Shown here: one piece after another, positions 28,799 to 38,593 of the stretch | How the letters are laid out: each line of letters begins with the position of its first letter | Position numbering within the stretch: the stretch's first letter is position 1 | Program-made: the position numbers and the translations under genes | Origin: Dehalococcoidia bacterium | GTDB taxonomy: Bacteria > Chloroflexota > Dehalococcoidia > Lucifugimonadales > JAGWBF01 | Assembly: GCA_965197405.1 (NCBI GenBank) | Contig: OZ240206.1 | Span: 2,386,183 to 2,450,182 of the forward strand | Length of the DNA: 64,000 bases | Reading direction: 5' to 3' | Notes under the pieces: model-generated | What the model saw: the letters and a program-made list of their open reading frames with translations, nothing else | What the model was told of the DNA's origin: nothing | Databases searched by the model: none

Positions 28799-29722
28799 TC
28801 AAGGCGCGGCGATAGCCGTCCTGGGGTTGTTGCGGGCATCGGGCCGCCACCCCTGCCTATCCAGCTGCGGGGCCAACGCAACGCGGTACTCGCCGGGCAC
28901 GGCGACCACCGCCACCTTGGCCAGCCTTCCCTTCCAGATCACGGGCGTGGCCACGGCGGCGATGCCGTCCGCCTCGGCGTACTCGGGCCTGCCGCTTTGG
29001 GCCGCCCGTTCCGCCAGGGAGCCGGGCGCAATGGCCCGGTCCTTGTGGGGCATCCCGCCCCGCCGACCGCCCATGAGCCGGGAGCGCCGCGCCCGGAAGC
29101 CGGGCGTCCGCCTGACCACCTTGGCCCGCAGCGTCGGCGGCTCCGTCCAGCCCGCCGGGTCGCCCCGTTCCGTGTGCTCGTACAGGACCACCAGCAGGGG
29201 CGGGACCCGCACCACCTCGGCCAGTCTGAGCGCCGCCGATACGTAGGAACTGCCGAACCGGTCGTGAAGGGCCACCACGTCCAGCCCGCAAGCCTGGGCA
29301 TGGGAGGTGAAGACATCCGGCTGCATCAGCGCCGCCACCGCGAAGCGTTCCGCCTGCAGGCACACCACGGGGTCCAGCGGCCCGCCGGATTCCCTGACGC
29401 CCAGGTTCTCCAGGATGATCTCGTAGATTTCGTGCCCCACGGTCTGGGCCTTGGACCCTTCCCACAGGTCGTCCCGGTAGTAAATGTGGTACTCGCCCCC
29501 GGGCTGGCCGATGTGGGCGCCCTTCAGCCCGTCCATCTTCCCCTCCAGCACGGTGCCGAATCCGGCCCGGCCCGCCAGGGCGGTCAGTTCCTCCAGGTTG
29601 GGTCTGGGGGAGACGCCAAAGCGGTCCACGAACCGGGCGGCGACGGTCTCCGGGTCCAGGCGTTGGCCCTGTTCCAGTTCCTCCAGCAGGTCGCAGCAGA
29701 AGCCGTCCAGGGTCTCGCTCAT
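28799..29722 (-). CDS. ImmA/IrrE-like metallopeptidase-fold protein
   Basis: TVGHEIYE and AERFAVAALM motifs; coupled to an HTH repressor. Confidence 0.65.
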   Translation of the reverse strand: MSETLDGFCCDLLEELEQGQRLDPETVAARFVDRFGVSPRPNLEELTALAGRAGFGTVLEGKMDGLKGAHIGQPGGEYHIYYRDDLWEGSKAQTVGHEIYEIILENLGVRESGGPLDPVVCLQAERFAVAALMQPDVFTSHAQACGLDVVALHDRFGSSYVSAALRLAEVVRVPPLLVVLYEHTERGDPAGWTEPPTLRAKVVRRTPGFRARRSRLMGGRRGGMPHKDRAIAPGSLAERAAQSGRPEYAEADGIAAVATPVIWKGRLAKVAVVAVPGEYRVALAPQLDRQGWRPDARNNPRTAIAAP

Positions 29723-30162
29723 TCCAGCAGCCTCTTGCCGGTGAATTTCTCGTACATCTCCACGATGAACCGCTTGGCGTTGACGGTCAGGAGGCCATCG
29801 GGCCGGGTTCCGACGCGGAAGGCCGGGTCGTCCAGCACGAAGCGGTAGGCCCGCTCCACGTCGTGGGCCTCGTCGCTGAAGGGGTCGGGCTGCGAACCGT
29901 GGCCAGCCCGCCGGATCAGGTCGTCGGGGTCCACGCGGTACAGGTCGGCCAGCTTGCGCAGCAGGGTGGCGCCGGGCTTGCGGTCTCCCCGCTCTATCTG
30001 GGAGAGGTAGGAGCTGGATACGCCGGTGCGCCGGGTCACCTCCCGGAGACTGACTCGGCCCCGCAGGCGGCGCAAGAGCGCGCCGAAATCCTCGTCGCCC
30101 TCCATCTCTATCTCTTGGTCTCGTTCCGGTTGGCTTGGCCGCTGTTGGTCAGGCTCGCCCAT
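29719..30162 (-). CDS. Xre-family HTH repressor (ImmR-like)
   Basis: FGALLRRLR..SLREV..SSYLSQIERGDRKP. Confidence 0.88.
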   Translation of the reverse strand: MGEPDQQRPSQPERDQEIEMEGDEDFGALLRRLRGRVSLREVTRRTGVSSSYLSQIERGDRKPGATLLRKLADLYRVDPDDLIRRAGHGSQPDPFSDEAHDVERAYRFVLDDPAFRVGTRPDGLLTVNAKRFIVEMYEKFTGKRLLE

Positions 30163-30306
30163 GATGCTCCCCTCCTGTCCTGCAAAGGCCGTGGCGTCTC
30201 CCGCAGGATAATTGGTACATAGTTGGCAATATATTGTTACATCATAGCAAGCACTTGATCAAGAATAGCATTGATACGGCACTTGTTCTATTGCGTGTGA
30301 CGACGG

Positions 30307-30627
30307 GTGATTGATACACTCAAGAATACAGAACGGATATTCCCATATCCGCCTGAGTATACATCACCTACACCTCTCCGGCCAACCCCCAGGGGTCGCG
30401 CCGGGTTCCACCGGGAGAAGAACCCCTTGATCAGGAAGCCCAGTCATACCAGGGACCAGGAGCGCCGGCGCATCGAGGGCCTGCGTCTGCTGGCCCGCAG
30501 CATCGTCCGGCACTACCTGGCTCACCCGGAACTCTATCCCGACCCGGCCGCGGACCGGGTCGTTCCCGCCGTCAACGGCGCCATGCCCGCCGGCGGAAGC
30601 ATAGCCCAAAGGGAGGAAACGGCGTGA
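30307..30627 (+). CDS. Hypothetical protein (start uncertain)
   Basis: First ORF of the divergent unit; GTGA overlap with the next gene. Confidence 0.45.
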   Translation: MIDTLKNTERIFPYPPEYTSPTPLRPTPRGRAGFHREKNPLIRKPSHTRDQERRRIEGLRLLARSIVRHYLAHPELYPDPAADRVVPAVNGAMPAGGSIAQREETA

Positions 30628-32097
30628 GACGCAAGCAATCCTTTTACAGGGTCAGGCTGAAGCCTGAAGCGGCAGGGTCTTTTAATAGTAGAAAGGGATA
30701 TTCAGGCTGTTGGATAATTAGGTGAGAGTTTTGGGGAATGTGGAGGAAGGTTGTGTTGGAGGAGAGTATTGGGGATTGGGGTCCTGGGCTGCTGGATGCC
30801 CTGAGCCAGATAGAGGATCCCAGGAAGCCCAAGGGAGTGCGGCACCCCTTGGGGGCAGTTCTGGCCTTGGCAGTTTGCGCCATGCTGGGCGGCGCCAGGA
30901 GCCTGTACGCCATTGCCCAGTGGGGCCGAGAACACCCCCAGTTGACCCGGTCGCTGGGATTCAGCCGAGAGCAGACTCCCTGCGTGGCCATCTTGCATCA
31001 CGTATTTCGCCGGATGGACGTGGATGATTTCGAGTCGGCCCTGGGGCGCTGGGCCCAAGAGTGTTTGGGAGAGGGCGAGGCCGTCATTGCCATAGACGGC
31101 AAGGCCCTACGGGGAATACACGGCAGGGAATTGCCCGGGGTGAGGCTGGTGGCGGCATATGCTGGGGAGAGCGGCCTGGTACTGGGACAAAAGGGGGGTC
31201 AGGGGGGAGCGCAAGGAGAGTGAACTGGGGTTGGCCTCCAGCCTGCTGGCCCGACTGGAGTTGAAGGGGAAGGTGGTTACCGGGGACGCCCTCTACGCGC
31301 AGCGGGAGTTGAGCCTGAGAGTGCTGGAACAGGGCGGGGACTATTTCTGGGCACTGAAGGACAATCAGCCTGGGATGAGGGAGGCGGTGAGTCTCCTCTT
31401 TGAGCAGCCGCCCTGGGGAGAGAGCTTTGCCGAGGCGTGTCAGGAGGGCCGACGGGGAGACCGATGGGAAAGGCGACGGTTGCGGGCATCGGCAGTTCTG
31501 AACGAATACCTGGACTGGCCCGGTCTGGGACAGGTCTGCTGCATGGAACGAACCAGGAGGCACAAGGGCAGGGAGACGATGGAGCGTGCCTACGCCATCA
31601 CCAGCCTGACGGTGGAGCGGGCGGATGCCGCCCGGCTGCTGGGGATATGGCGTGGGCACCGGGGCATTGAAAACCGGCTGCACTGGGTGCGGGACGTGGT
31701 CTTTGGCGAGGGTCAAAGCCAGGTGCGAACGGAGTCGGCACCGCAACTGCTGGCGGCGCTGCGCAACTTGGTAATAGGCATGTTGAGGCTGAACGGAGTT
31801 AAAAACATATCGGCAGCCCTGCGACACTACGGCTGGAAGCCCTGGGAGACACTGCTGCTAATCGGCCTACCTCCACACAATTAAAAGACCCTGCCTGAAG
31901 CGGTGTGGGAGTTGCTCAACCGGCTCAACATCACCCAGAACGAGCTGGCCCGGCGCATCGGAAGGTCGTCGGGATACCTGTCCCAGTTGATAAGTGACGA
32001 CCGCTGCCCCTCGGCCGAGACCCGAAGGCGGCTGATGGAAGTGCTGGGCGTGTCCGACTTCGACCAACTCTTCGTCCTGGAGCGGGTCGATGCCTAG
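30624..32097 (+). pseudogene. Xre HTH gene interrupted by ISAs1
   Basis: GGGAGG RBS; removing the IS and one TSD restores MRRKQSFYRVRLKPEAVWELLNRLNITQNELARR. Confidence 0.85.
30673..31893 (+). mobile_element. ISAs1-family IS; transposase split into 30738-31223 and 31159-31884
   Basis: TIR CAGGGTCTTTTAAT / ATTAAAAGACCCTG; 10-bp TSD CCTGAAGCGG; DPR..HPL, IAIDGK, DALY, LKDNQP, IENRLHWVRDV. Confidence 0.93.
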
Positions 32098-32389
32098 CTC
32101 CCGCGCGGACGTGGCAATGCCCGTTGCGATACCCCCCGGCGTGGCCCTGATGCCGGAGGACTTCCGGGGGAGGCTGGAGGCCATCAAGCAGCTGACCGGC
32201 CTCTCCTGGGAGGGGATGGCCTCGGCCATGGGGGTGGACAGCCGCCAGCTGTGGCGCTGGCGTAAACGCGGGGTCCAGCCCAGCGGGGGCGCCATGCTGG
32301 CCCTGGTGCGGTTAGCGCTCCGGGTGCCCGGCGGTCTGGCCGTGCTTACGGACGAGGACGTGATCATAATCCATGAGCTTGGGAGATAG
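32090..32389 (+). CDS. Small HTH protein
   Basis: DFRGRLEAIKQLTGLSWEGMASAMGVDSRQLWRW. Confidence 0.75.
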   Translation: MPSSRADVAMPVAIPPGVALMPEDFRGRLEAIKQLTGLSWEGMASAMGVDSRQLWRWRKRGVQPSGGAMLALVRLALRVPGGLAVLTDEDVIIIHELGR

Positions 32390-32393
32390 AACC

Positions 32394-32660
32394 ATGACCA
32401 CCGCAAGATGCCAACCGTTTGACCACGCCGTGTCCCCGTCGTTGCCCGTGGGCTTCGGCGACCGCCTGGAGCATTTGCGGGAAATGTCGGGCTTGACCTG
32501 GCGGGAACTGGCTTCCCGGCTGGGCGTGTCCGACCGTGGGCCGATACTGCGGCGCCGGGGAGAGCGGCCTCGGTCGGGACCCGGCCACCGGGCCATTGTT
32601 GCCCTGGCGCGGGACTGGCCCGGCGGCTACGACCGGATCACCGGCGGCGACGGGGGTTAG
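32394..32660 (+). CDS. Small HTH protein
   Basis: FGDRLEHLREMSGLTWRELASRLGVS. Confidence 0.7.
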   Translation: MTTARCQPFDHAVSPSLPVGFGDRLEHLREMSGLTWRELASRLGVSDRGPILRRRGERPRSGPGHRAIVALARDWPGGYDRITGGDGG

Positions 32661-32663
32661 GGT

Positions 32664-32951
32664 ATGGGACGCCGCCAGCAGTGGGTCTACCGCATCGAGC
32701 CCGAGGAGTTTCCCCAGGACTTCCCCGACCGGCTGGACCGCTTCCGGCAGGCCGCCGGTTTCAGCTGGCGGGGGCTGGCCCGGGAGCTCCGGGTCAACGC
32801 CCGCACGGTGCGCCGCTGGAACGCCGGGGCCGGGGTTGGCTCCGGCCACCTGGTGTCGCTGTTCGCCCTGGCCGCGAGATTGGGCCTGCTCCACCGCCTT
32901 CTGCCGGAGGTAGGAGAGCCGGTTGGCGCCCCTGGCGCCGATCCCGAATGA
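32664..32951 (+). CDS. Small HTH protein
   Basis: DFPDRLDRFRQAAGFSWRGLARELRVNARTVRRW. Confidence 0.75.
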   Translation: MGRRQQWVYRIEPEEFPQDFPDRLDRFRQAAGFSWRGLARELRVNARTVRRWNAGAGVGSGHLVSLFALAARLGLLHRLLPEVGEPVGAPGADPE

Positions 32952-32957
32952 AGGTTG

Positions 32958-33051
32958 GCGCCGGGTCACTAGCAACCCAAAACTGACCGGGGTGTATCAA
33001 GTTTCCCGACGAAGAAGGGGCCGGACGGTTCAATCCGTCCGGCCCCTTCTT
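32958..33051. repeat. Imperfect direct repeat with terminator-like hairpin, copy 1
   Basis: GCAACCCAAAACTGACCGG..TTTCCCG..GGGGCCGGACGG-loop-CCGTCCGGCCCC-TT; recurs at 35871-35964. Confidence 0.8.
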
Positions 33052-33333
33052 GTTGCCTTGCCCCGCTTTGGGTTGTTCCCCTCTTGTAGTAGGATTGTTC
33101 AAATAGGCGTTGCCGCTGCGGAATCCGTGACCGGCAATCGGCGGACTCCCGAGACACTGCTTTAGGTTCGGCAAGCACCGGCCGACGGACTGGTCTACGT
33201 TCCTGCCACGTACGGCCGTGCTAAATTCCTCTCGGCTGGCGGGTGGCCGCATGGGCGGTGACGATTTCTCAGGGAGTGTACCATACGGGATCGGCCAGCC
33301 CCACATCAGGCATCTGAAACTCGCCGAACGCTA

Positions 33334-34549
33334 GTAGTGAGTCAAACTTGATTTAGATGGTAATGTAAAAGATAGGCCGAAGGCGCTATCCTGACTCTGG
33401 AAAGTGATGCTGGGAGGTGGTATGGTCAGGGAAAAGTATGGAGTCGGGCTGACGCCGGAACAGCGGGACCACCTCCAGCATCTGGTTCGTGCGGGGAAAG
33501 GCTCAGTCCGGGTGACGGTCCGGGCACGGATTCTGCTCAAGACGGATCAGGGGTGGAGTGCTCCCCAAGTGGCGCAAGCCCTGGATGTGGCCGAGGGCAC
33601 TGTATTTCGGATCAAGCGGCGCTTCGCCGAAGAGGGGCTGGAAGGGGTGCTGAAAGACCGGCCCCAAGCCCAGCGGTACCGGAAGTTGGACGACCTGGGC
33701 GAAGCCCACCTCATCGCGCTGGCCTGCTCCGAACCACCGGAAGGGCATGAACATTGGACCCTGCGGCTGCTGGCGGGCAAGGTGGTGGAGTTGGGGTTGG
33801 CGCCCTCCCTATCCCATGAGACGGTGAGGTTGCACCTGAAAAAAACGCCCTCAAACCGTGGCAGAAGCAGGAGTGGTGCATTCCCAAGGTGAGCGCCGAG
33901 TTCGTAGCCCACATGGAGGACGTGCTGGACCTGTACGCCGAACCCTATGACCCGCAACGGCCGGTGGTCTGCTTTGACGAGACCTCCACCCAGTTGTTAG
34001 CCGAGACGCGGCCCTCTCTCCCTGCCGAGCCGGGGCGTCCGCTGCGTCGGGACTACGAGTACCGGCGGGAGGGAACCCGCAACCTGTTCCTGGCCTGTGA
34101 GCCCCTGGCTGGCTGGCGGCAGGTGGCGGTCACCGAACGGCGCACCATGCAGGACTTCGCCCACCGGATGCGCTGGCTGGTGGATGAGGCCTACCCGCAA
34201 TCCTGCGTGGTGCGGCTGGTCTTGGACAATCTGAACACTCACCGGACAGCGTCCCTGTACGAGACCTTCCCGGCGGCGGAGGCCCGGCGCATCGCCCAGC
34301 GACTGGAGTTTCACTATACCCCGAAGCACGGCAGTTGGCTCAATATGGCGGAAATCGAGTTCAGTGTCCTGTCTCGCTGCTGCCTCAAGCAACGCGTCCC
34401 TGACGAACCGGCCCTCCGACGGGAGGTCCAGGCCCTGGTCACGGAGCGAAACGTCGCCCGAACCACCATCAACTGGCGGTTCAACACCCACGACGCCAGG
34501 GGCAAACTTCACCAACTGTATCCCTTCGATTCCAAACATGACTGACTAC
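33334..34549 (+). mobile_element. IS630-family IS with -1 frameshifted transposase (33422-33892 / 33889-34545)
   Basis: CTAG at both ends (TA duplication), TIR GTAGTGAGTCA / TGACTGACTAC, A7C slippery site near 33840, DETS..DNLNTH..WLNMAEIE. Confidence 0.93.
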
Positions 34550-34573
34550 TAGGTTTTCTATAGGGGCGCATTT

Positions 34574-35707
34574 GTGCAGGAAATCGAATTTATACGCTAT
34601 CTGAAGGACGTTTGTAATTTGGCGGAGCGTACTGTTACCGCCAGGGTATCCAACTGCAGGCGTGTTGAGCGATACCAGGGCGACTTGGACGACCACTTCA
34701 AGGCAGACCGTATGGTGTCGCTGATGCGAAGCCTCACCTACTCAACGGAAGACGCAAATCAGAACCGACCAGCGCGGCACAACGTTCCCATCGTCGGAAA
34801 CGTTCGGAACGGGACCGCCACGCTAAAGCAGGCCGCCGGTTTGTATCAAAAATTCCACCGGAGCGCCGGTTACCACCCGAAGACGCCGCGTGCCTCCTCA
34901 AGACCTGAACCGTCCAGGCGTACGCCGGGTGCTGCATGGCCAGACTGGCCGCAACCGGACGAAAACGATGTCTTCCAACTTGCCACCGTGATCACTCCGT
35001 TGGTCAGATTCTTGCACCCCCAAATCGTCCAGCAGGTTGTTGACGACAATAGCGTCAACCGAGCCACTTGGTCGGCGGAATTGCAGCGGATAGGCATAGA
35101 CCCCGACATCTACCTGTGGGAAGGTTCCCCGTGCCCATTTCCAGGGGTTCGCAGATACGCTGGCAGTCAAGAGATTGCTCAGTTCAGAAAGCAGGCCGGC
35201 ACTTCCCCTGAACGACCAACCGATTGCCTATGCTTGGACGACAATGACTACCCAAAGCACTTGTGGGCCTACGTGTTCACCGGAAAACCATTTCGCAAAC
35301 GGGGGCCACAAGGGTACCAGTTGGCGCACTTGGCTGACCACAAGGCGCATAACAATCGTTGGCGGGAGGAGTTCGCAGTAGAATCTCCCACGAACCCTCC
35401 ACCGCTATTTGGACTTTACACCAGCCCGGCCAATCTGGCCTACGTTCCATCGAACTTTCTGAAGCCTACGGATTTTTCCGGGACTTTGCGTGCGCTTCTT
35501 CTCAGCAGGGCATATCAGCTGTATGGCAGCGTTGCTCGCCTCGCTCCTCCCCCGCTCGTCGAGAAAACCGAAGCCAACTCCGAATGGCATCCCGAAAATT
35601 TTCGATGGGGCGACTGTGTTGGGACTGTCGAACACGTCGACAGCTTCCTGCAATACAGGAAACAGCTCATGGATGAGTTGATAAGCGGTTCGGCAAAGTG
35701 GGCCTAG
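34574..35707 (+). CDS. Hypothetical protein with possible C-terminal HNH-like nuclease motif
   Basis: 377-aa lower-GC ORF; GYQLAHL..LYTSPANLAYVP resembles an H-N-N core. Confidence 0.55.
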   Translation: MQEIEFIRYLKDVCNLAERTVTARVSNCRRVERYQGDLDDHFKADRMVSLMRSLTYSTEDANQNRPARHNVPIVGNVRNGTATLKQAAGLYQKFHRSAGYHPKTPRASSRPEPSRRTPGAAWPDWPQPDENDVFQLATVITPLVRFLHPQIVQQVVDDNSVNRATWSAELQRIGIDPDIYLWEGSPCPFPGVRRYAGSQEIAQFRKQAGTSPERPTDCLCLDDNDYPKHLWAYVFTGKPFRKRGPQGYQLAHLADHKAHNNRWREEFAVESPTNPPPLFGLYTSPANLAYVPSNFLKPTDFSGTLRALLLSRAYQLYGSVARLAPPPLVEKTEANSEWHPENFRWGDCVGTVEHVDSFLQYRKQLMDELISGSAKWA

Positions 35708-35709
35708 GG

Positions 35710-35875
35710 TTCGTATGGCCCAAGTTGGCGCCATCGTTCCGGGGAAAGCGTTCCAGGAATCTCAGGCCGTGTATGATGACCTCCGCCCCTTGGTCCGGGT
35801 CGGTCCAGCAGCGGCGGCCCAGGGTGAAGGGGTTGGCGGTTCCGGCCAAGAGGTCCGCCCAGTGGGGGTCGCGCC
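35710..35875 (-). pseudogene. Fragment paralogous to the middle of the 36085-36846 protein
   Basis: ADLLAGTANPF..WTDPDQGAEVIIHGLRFLE vs ADLLSPTGGPF..WPTLEQGLEIMMEGLRVVE. Confidence 0.6.
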
Positions 35876-35964
35876 GTGTCTCTGGCAATCCAAAACTGAC
35901 CGGCGTGCAACAACTTTCCCGGCAACAGTGGGGCCGGACGGATCATTCCGTCCGGCCCCCTTTT
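35871..35964. repeat. Imperfect direct repeat with terminator-like hairpin, copy 2
   Basis: GCAATCCAAAACTGACCGG..GGGGCCGGACGG..CCGTCCGGCCCCCTTTT. Confidence 0.8.
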
Positions 35965-36084
35965 CTGCGTTGTGCGGCCTCGCTTCCGGTTGTTCCTCCT
36001 TCCCCGGTGACCCCGCTCAAGCACGTTCCAAGCTCAACCCCGGGGATGGCGTGGCGCGGAACGATGCTGGCAGGTCCTGACCGC

Positions 36085-36846
36085 TCACAGCCGGTCCACT
36101 CCCTGGGGGTCCTGGGGGCAGGCGCGCCAGTCGAGGACCCTGTTGAGGATGCCAAAGGCCAGGTGAAAGTTCAGGGCCTCCGCCATGGCGGTTGGTTCCT
36201 CCTGCTGGAGCAGGGAGTATGAGACCAGGCCGGCCAGTTGCAGCAACTCGTCGTCCCCGGCGACCCGGTAAGGCGAGGCGTAGATGGCAGTGTCCGGGAG
36301 CGCGTCCCCGCCGGAGCCGCCGTATCTCGCAGACCGGCAGGCTGCGGGCGCGGGGTCGCGGTGAACGGGCCCGGCCGCCAGGGCGGGAAGACCGTCGATT
36401 TGTTCCTCATCCTCGATGATATGGGCGTAGCGGGCGTCCGCCGCCACTAGGGCGTTGATATGGTGGAGGAGCCGCTCCCGGGCGGCGGCGCGGTCGCGGT
36501 TGCGGCGGAGGGGGGAATTTCGCCGGCAGACGTTGATCACGCTTATTCCGCCCCGGTTGTGCGGTGAGTGCTCCACGACCCGCAGGCCCTCCATCATGAT
36601 TTCCAGTCCCTGCTCCAGGGTGGGCCACTGGCTGCGGCAGCCCCGTGGGAAGGGGCCGCCGGTTGGTGACAGGAGGTCCGCGCCGCGCAGGGTCCGCCCC
36701 GAGGGGACGTTGAAGTTGTCCTCCATGACCCAGCGCCAGTTCATGACCCGTTCCGCCAGGCTGTTCCAGTGCTCCCCGCCCACCCCCAGGGCGGTGGCGG
36801 CATGGAGGGTTCGGCTCTTGGACTCGCCGACGTAGTAGATTCTCAT
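36085..36846 (-). CDS. DUF3800-like (RNase H-fold) protein, degenerate
   Basis: YYVGES and LLQLAGLVSY resemble Y-D-E-S and LQ-ADL motifs with D>G changes; AGGAG RBS. Confidence 0.5.
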   Translation of the reverse strand: MRIYYVGESKSRTLHAATALGVGGEHWNSLAERVMNWRWVMEDNFNVPSGRTLRGADLLSPTGGPFPRGCRSQWPTLEQGLEIMMEGLRVVEHSPHNRGGISVINVCRRNSPLRRNRDRAAARERLLHHINALVAADARYAHIIEDEEQIDGLPALAAGPVHRDPAPAACRSARYGGSGGDALPDTAIYASPYRVAGDDELLQLAGLVSYSLLQQEEPTAMAEALNFHLAFGILNRVLDWRACPQDPQGVDRL

Positions 36847-36874
36847 GGCAGTTATTCTCCTTTTTCGTGGTGTT

Positions 36875-38593
36875 TCACTTGTAGCGATTCAGGGGTTCGA
36901 CCGGCTGGAAGTCGCCGTCCGGCGCCAGCCAGGCGGCACCCAGGGGTCCCTCCCGTTCCACCAGTTCCCGGTGGGAAGCCAGCAGGGGGATCGGCACGCG
37001 AACGCGCGCCATCTCCCTCCAGGACACCTCCAGGAAGTGGGTCGGGGCCACGGGATCGTCGAAGACCACTAGGACCAGGGGCCTCTGGCCGTGGTCGTCG
37101 GCGGGGCGGTGGGAGGAGTAGTAGCGCAGGTAGGGGGCCAGGCGCTGGGCCATGGTGGCGGGGCGCACGGCCCGGCGTTCGTACTCCAGGAAGAAGGAGC
37201 GCAGCGTGTCATCCCGGCGCAGGGATCCGAAGGCGTCGGGGTGCAGGGAGCGGGGGCGTCCGTAGTGCCGGAAGTAGCGGGAGGCCCGGTGGGGCGGGTC
37301 CAGCTGCTCCACGTCCCAGCCGCAGCTTCGGGCCTGGCGGTTCAGGGCGGCGATGAAGCGGTGGACGGCGGCGGTGTGTTCCAGGTCCCGCAGCAATTGC
37401 CGGCTGCGGCTACCGGCCACGATGGGTCGGTCGCCGCTGGCGCCGTTGCCCTCGCCGCCTTCCGCGCTGGCGCTCCACCGCTGCCTGGCCTCGCCGGTGG
37501 AAACGCGGTCCCGGCGGGCCAGCAGTTTCAGCCCCCGGTCGGTGAGGGCCAGGCGGCGGGCGTCGTGGTTTACGGCGGTGACCAGGCCCAGGCGTTCCAG
37601 GGCGGCGGTGAGCTGGGACGCCCTCGGTTTGCTCACGTCCAGGAGCCCGGCCAGGTCCTCCCGGGTCAGCCAGGGCCAATCGGCCAGCAGGTCCAGGGCG
37701 CGCTTCTCGGCGGGGCGCAGCAGTACGGGCAGCAGGTGGTCTGGAACGTCTTCGCTCCCTCCGCTCACGTTTACGTCCCCAAGGTCAATGTCCCTGGGTA
37801 TGGATACCCGCACCAGGGGCGGCTCCGCCGCCATCACGCCGCCGGGATTGGCGCGGCCCACGGCCTCGCCCAGGGAGAGGGAGGCGCCGCCCGCAGAGGC
37901 CCGCCAGATAGTATCGGCAGCCCCGGTCGCCGCAGCGTGGCGCTCCAACGCGAAGAAGGCCGGGACCGGGGACGCCGCAGGACGTGCCCCCCGCAGCAGG
38001 GCTATGGCCTGGCGCAGGCGCACCTCGTCGGGGACAATCACCAGGACGGCGCCGGGCCGCGGACCCTGGGCCAGCCGCCAGAGGCGCTTGGCGAAACCGG
38101 CGCGCTCGGCGGTGGCCCCCTGCCTCACCATCGCCACCACGCGGCCGTCTGGCAGCACCACGTCGGCGTCCTGGGGCAGGGCCCGGCGCCAGCGGAAGCG
38201 GACGGGGTGGCCCAGGTCGTTGAGGGCGGAGGCCAGGCGGTAGATGACGGCGGCGGCGTCCAGCCGTTCCAGCAGCGTCCGCCGGAAGCGTAGAGGTAGG
38301 GGATATTCGCGGAGCAGCCGGCCCACGGGCTGGACCTCCTCCAGGGCCAGCGCGTTCACGCCCCGTTCGGTGAGATAGTACCGCCGGGTGGGTGCCAGCA
38401 ATGGGGTGCCGTGGGGAACGGAGGCGACGAGCCCGGCGTCTTCCAGCCGGCCCACCGCCTCGTAGACGCCGCCCCGGGACCGGCCGGCCAGGGCGGCCAG
38501 CTCCAGCCGGTCCAGGAAGGGCATCCGGGCCAGGAGGCGTAACAACTCTCCTTGCCCTTGATTCAGCGGCCGCGTCATTCCTCCGCCCCCCAT
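36875..38593 (-). CDS. Replication-relaxation (Replic_Relax) family protein with tandem domains
   Basis: Two wHTH units (YYLTERG, LALTDRG); LEHTAAVHRF, LHPDAFG, FFLEYER. Confidence 0.75.
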   Translation of the reverse strand: MGGGGMTRPLNQGQGELLRLLARMPFLDRLELAALAGRSRGGVYEAVGRLEDAGLVASVPHGTPLLAPTRRYYLTERGVNALALEEVQPVGRLLREYPLPLRFRRTLLERLDAAAVIYRLASALNDLGHPVRFRWRRALPQDADVVLPDGRVVAMVRQGATAERAGFAKRLWRLAQGPRPGAVLVIVPDEVRLRQAIALLRGARPAASPVPAFFALERHAAATGAADTIWRASAGGASLSLGEAVGRANPGGVMAAEPPLVRVSIPRDIDLGDVNVSGGSEDVPDHLLPVLLRPAEKRALDLLADWPWLTREDLAGLLDVSKPRASQLTAALERLGLVTAVNHDARRLALTDRGLKLLARRDRVSTGEARQRWSASAEGGEGNGASGDRPIVAGSRSRQLLRDLEHTAAVHRFIAALNRQARSCGWDVEQLDPPHRASRYFRHYGRPRSLHPDAFGSLRRDDTLRSFFLEYERRAVRPATMAQRLAPYLRYYSSHRPADDHGQRPLVLVVFDDPVAPTHFLEVSWREMARVRVPIPLLASHRELVEREGPLGAAWLAPDGDFQPVEPLNRYK

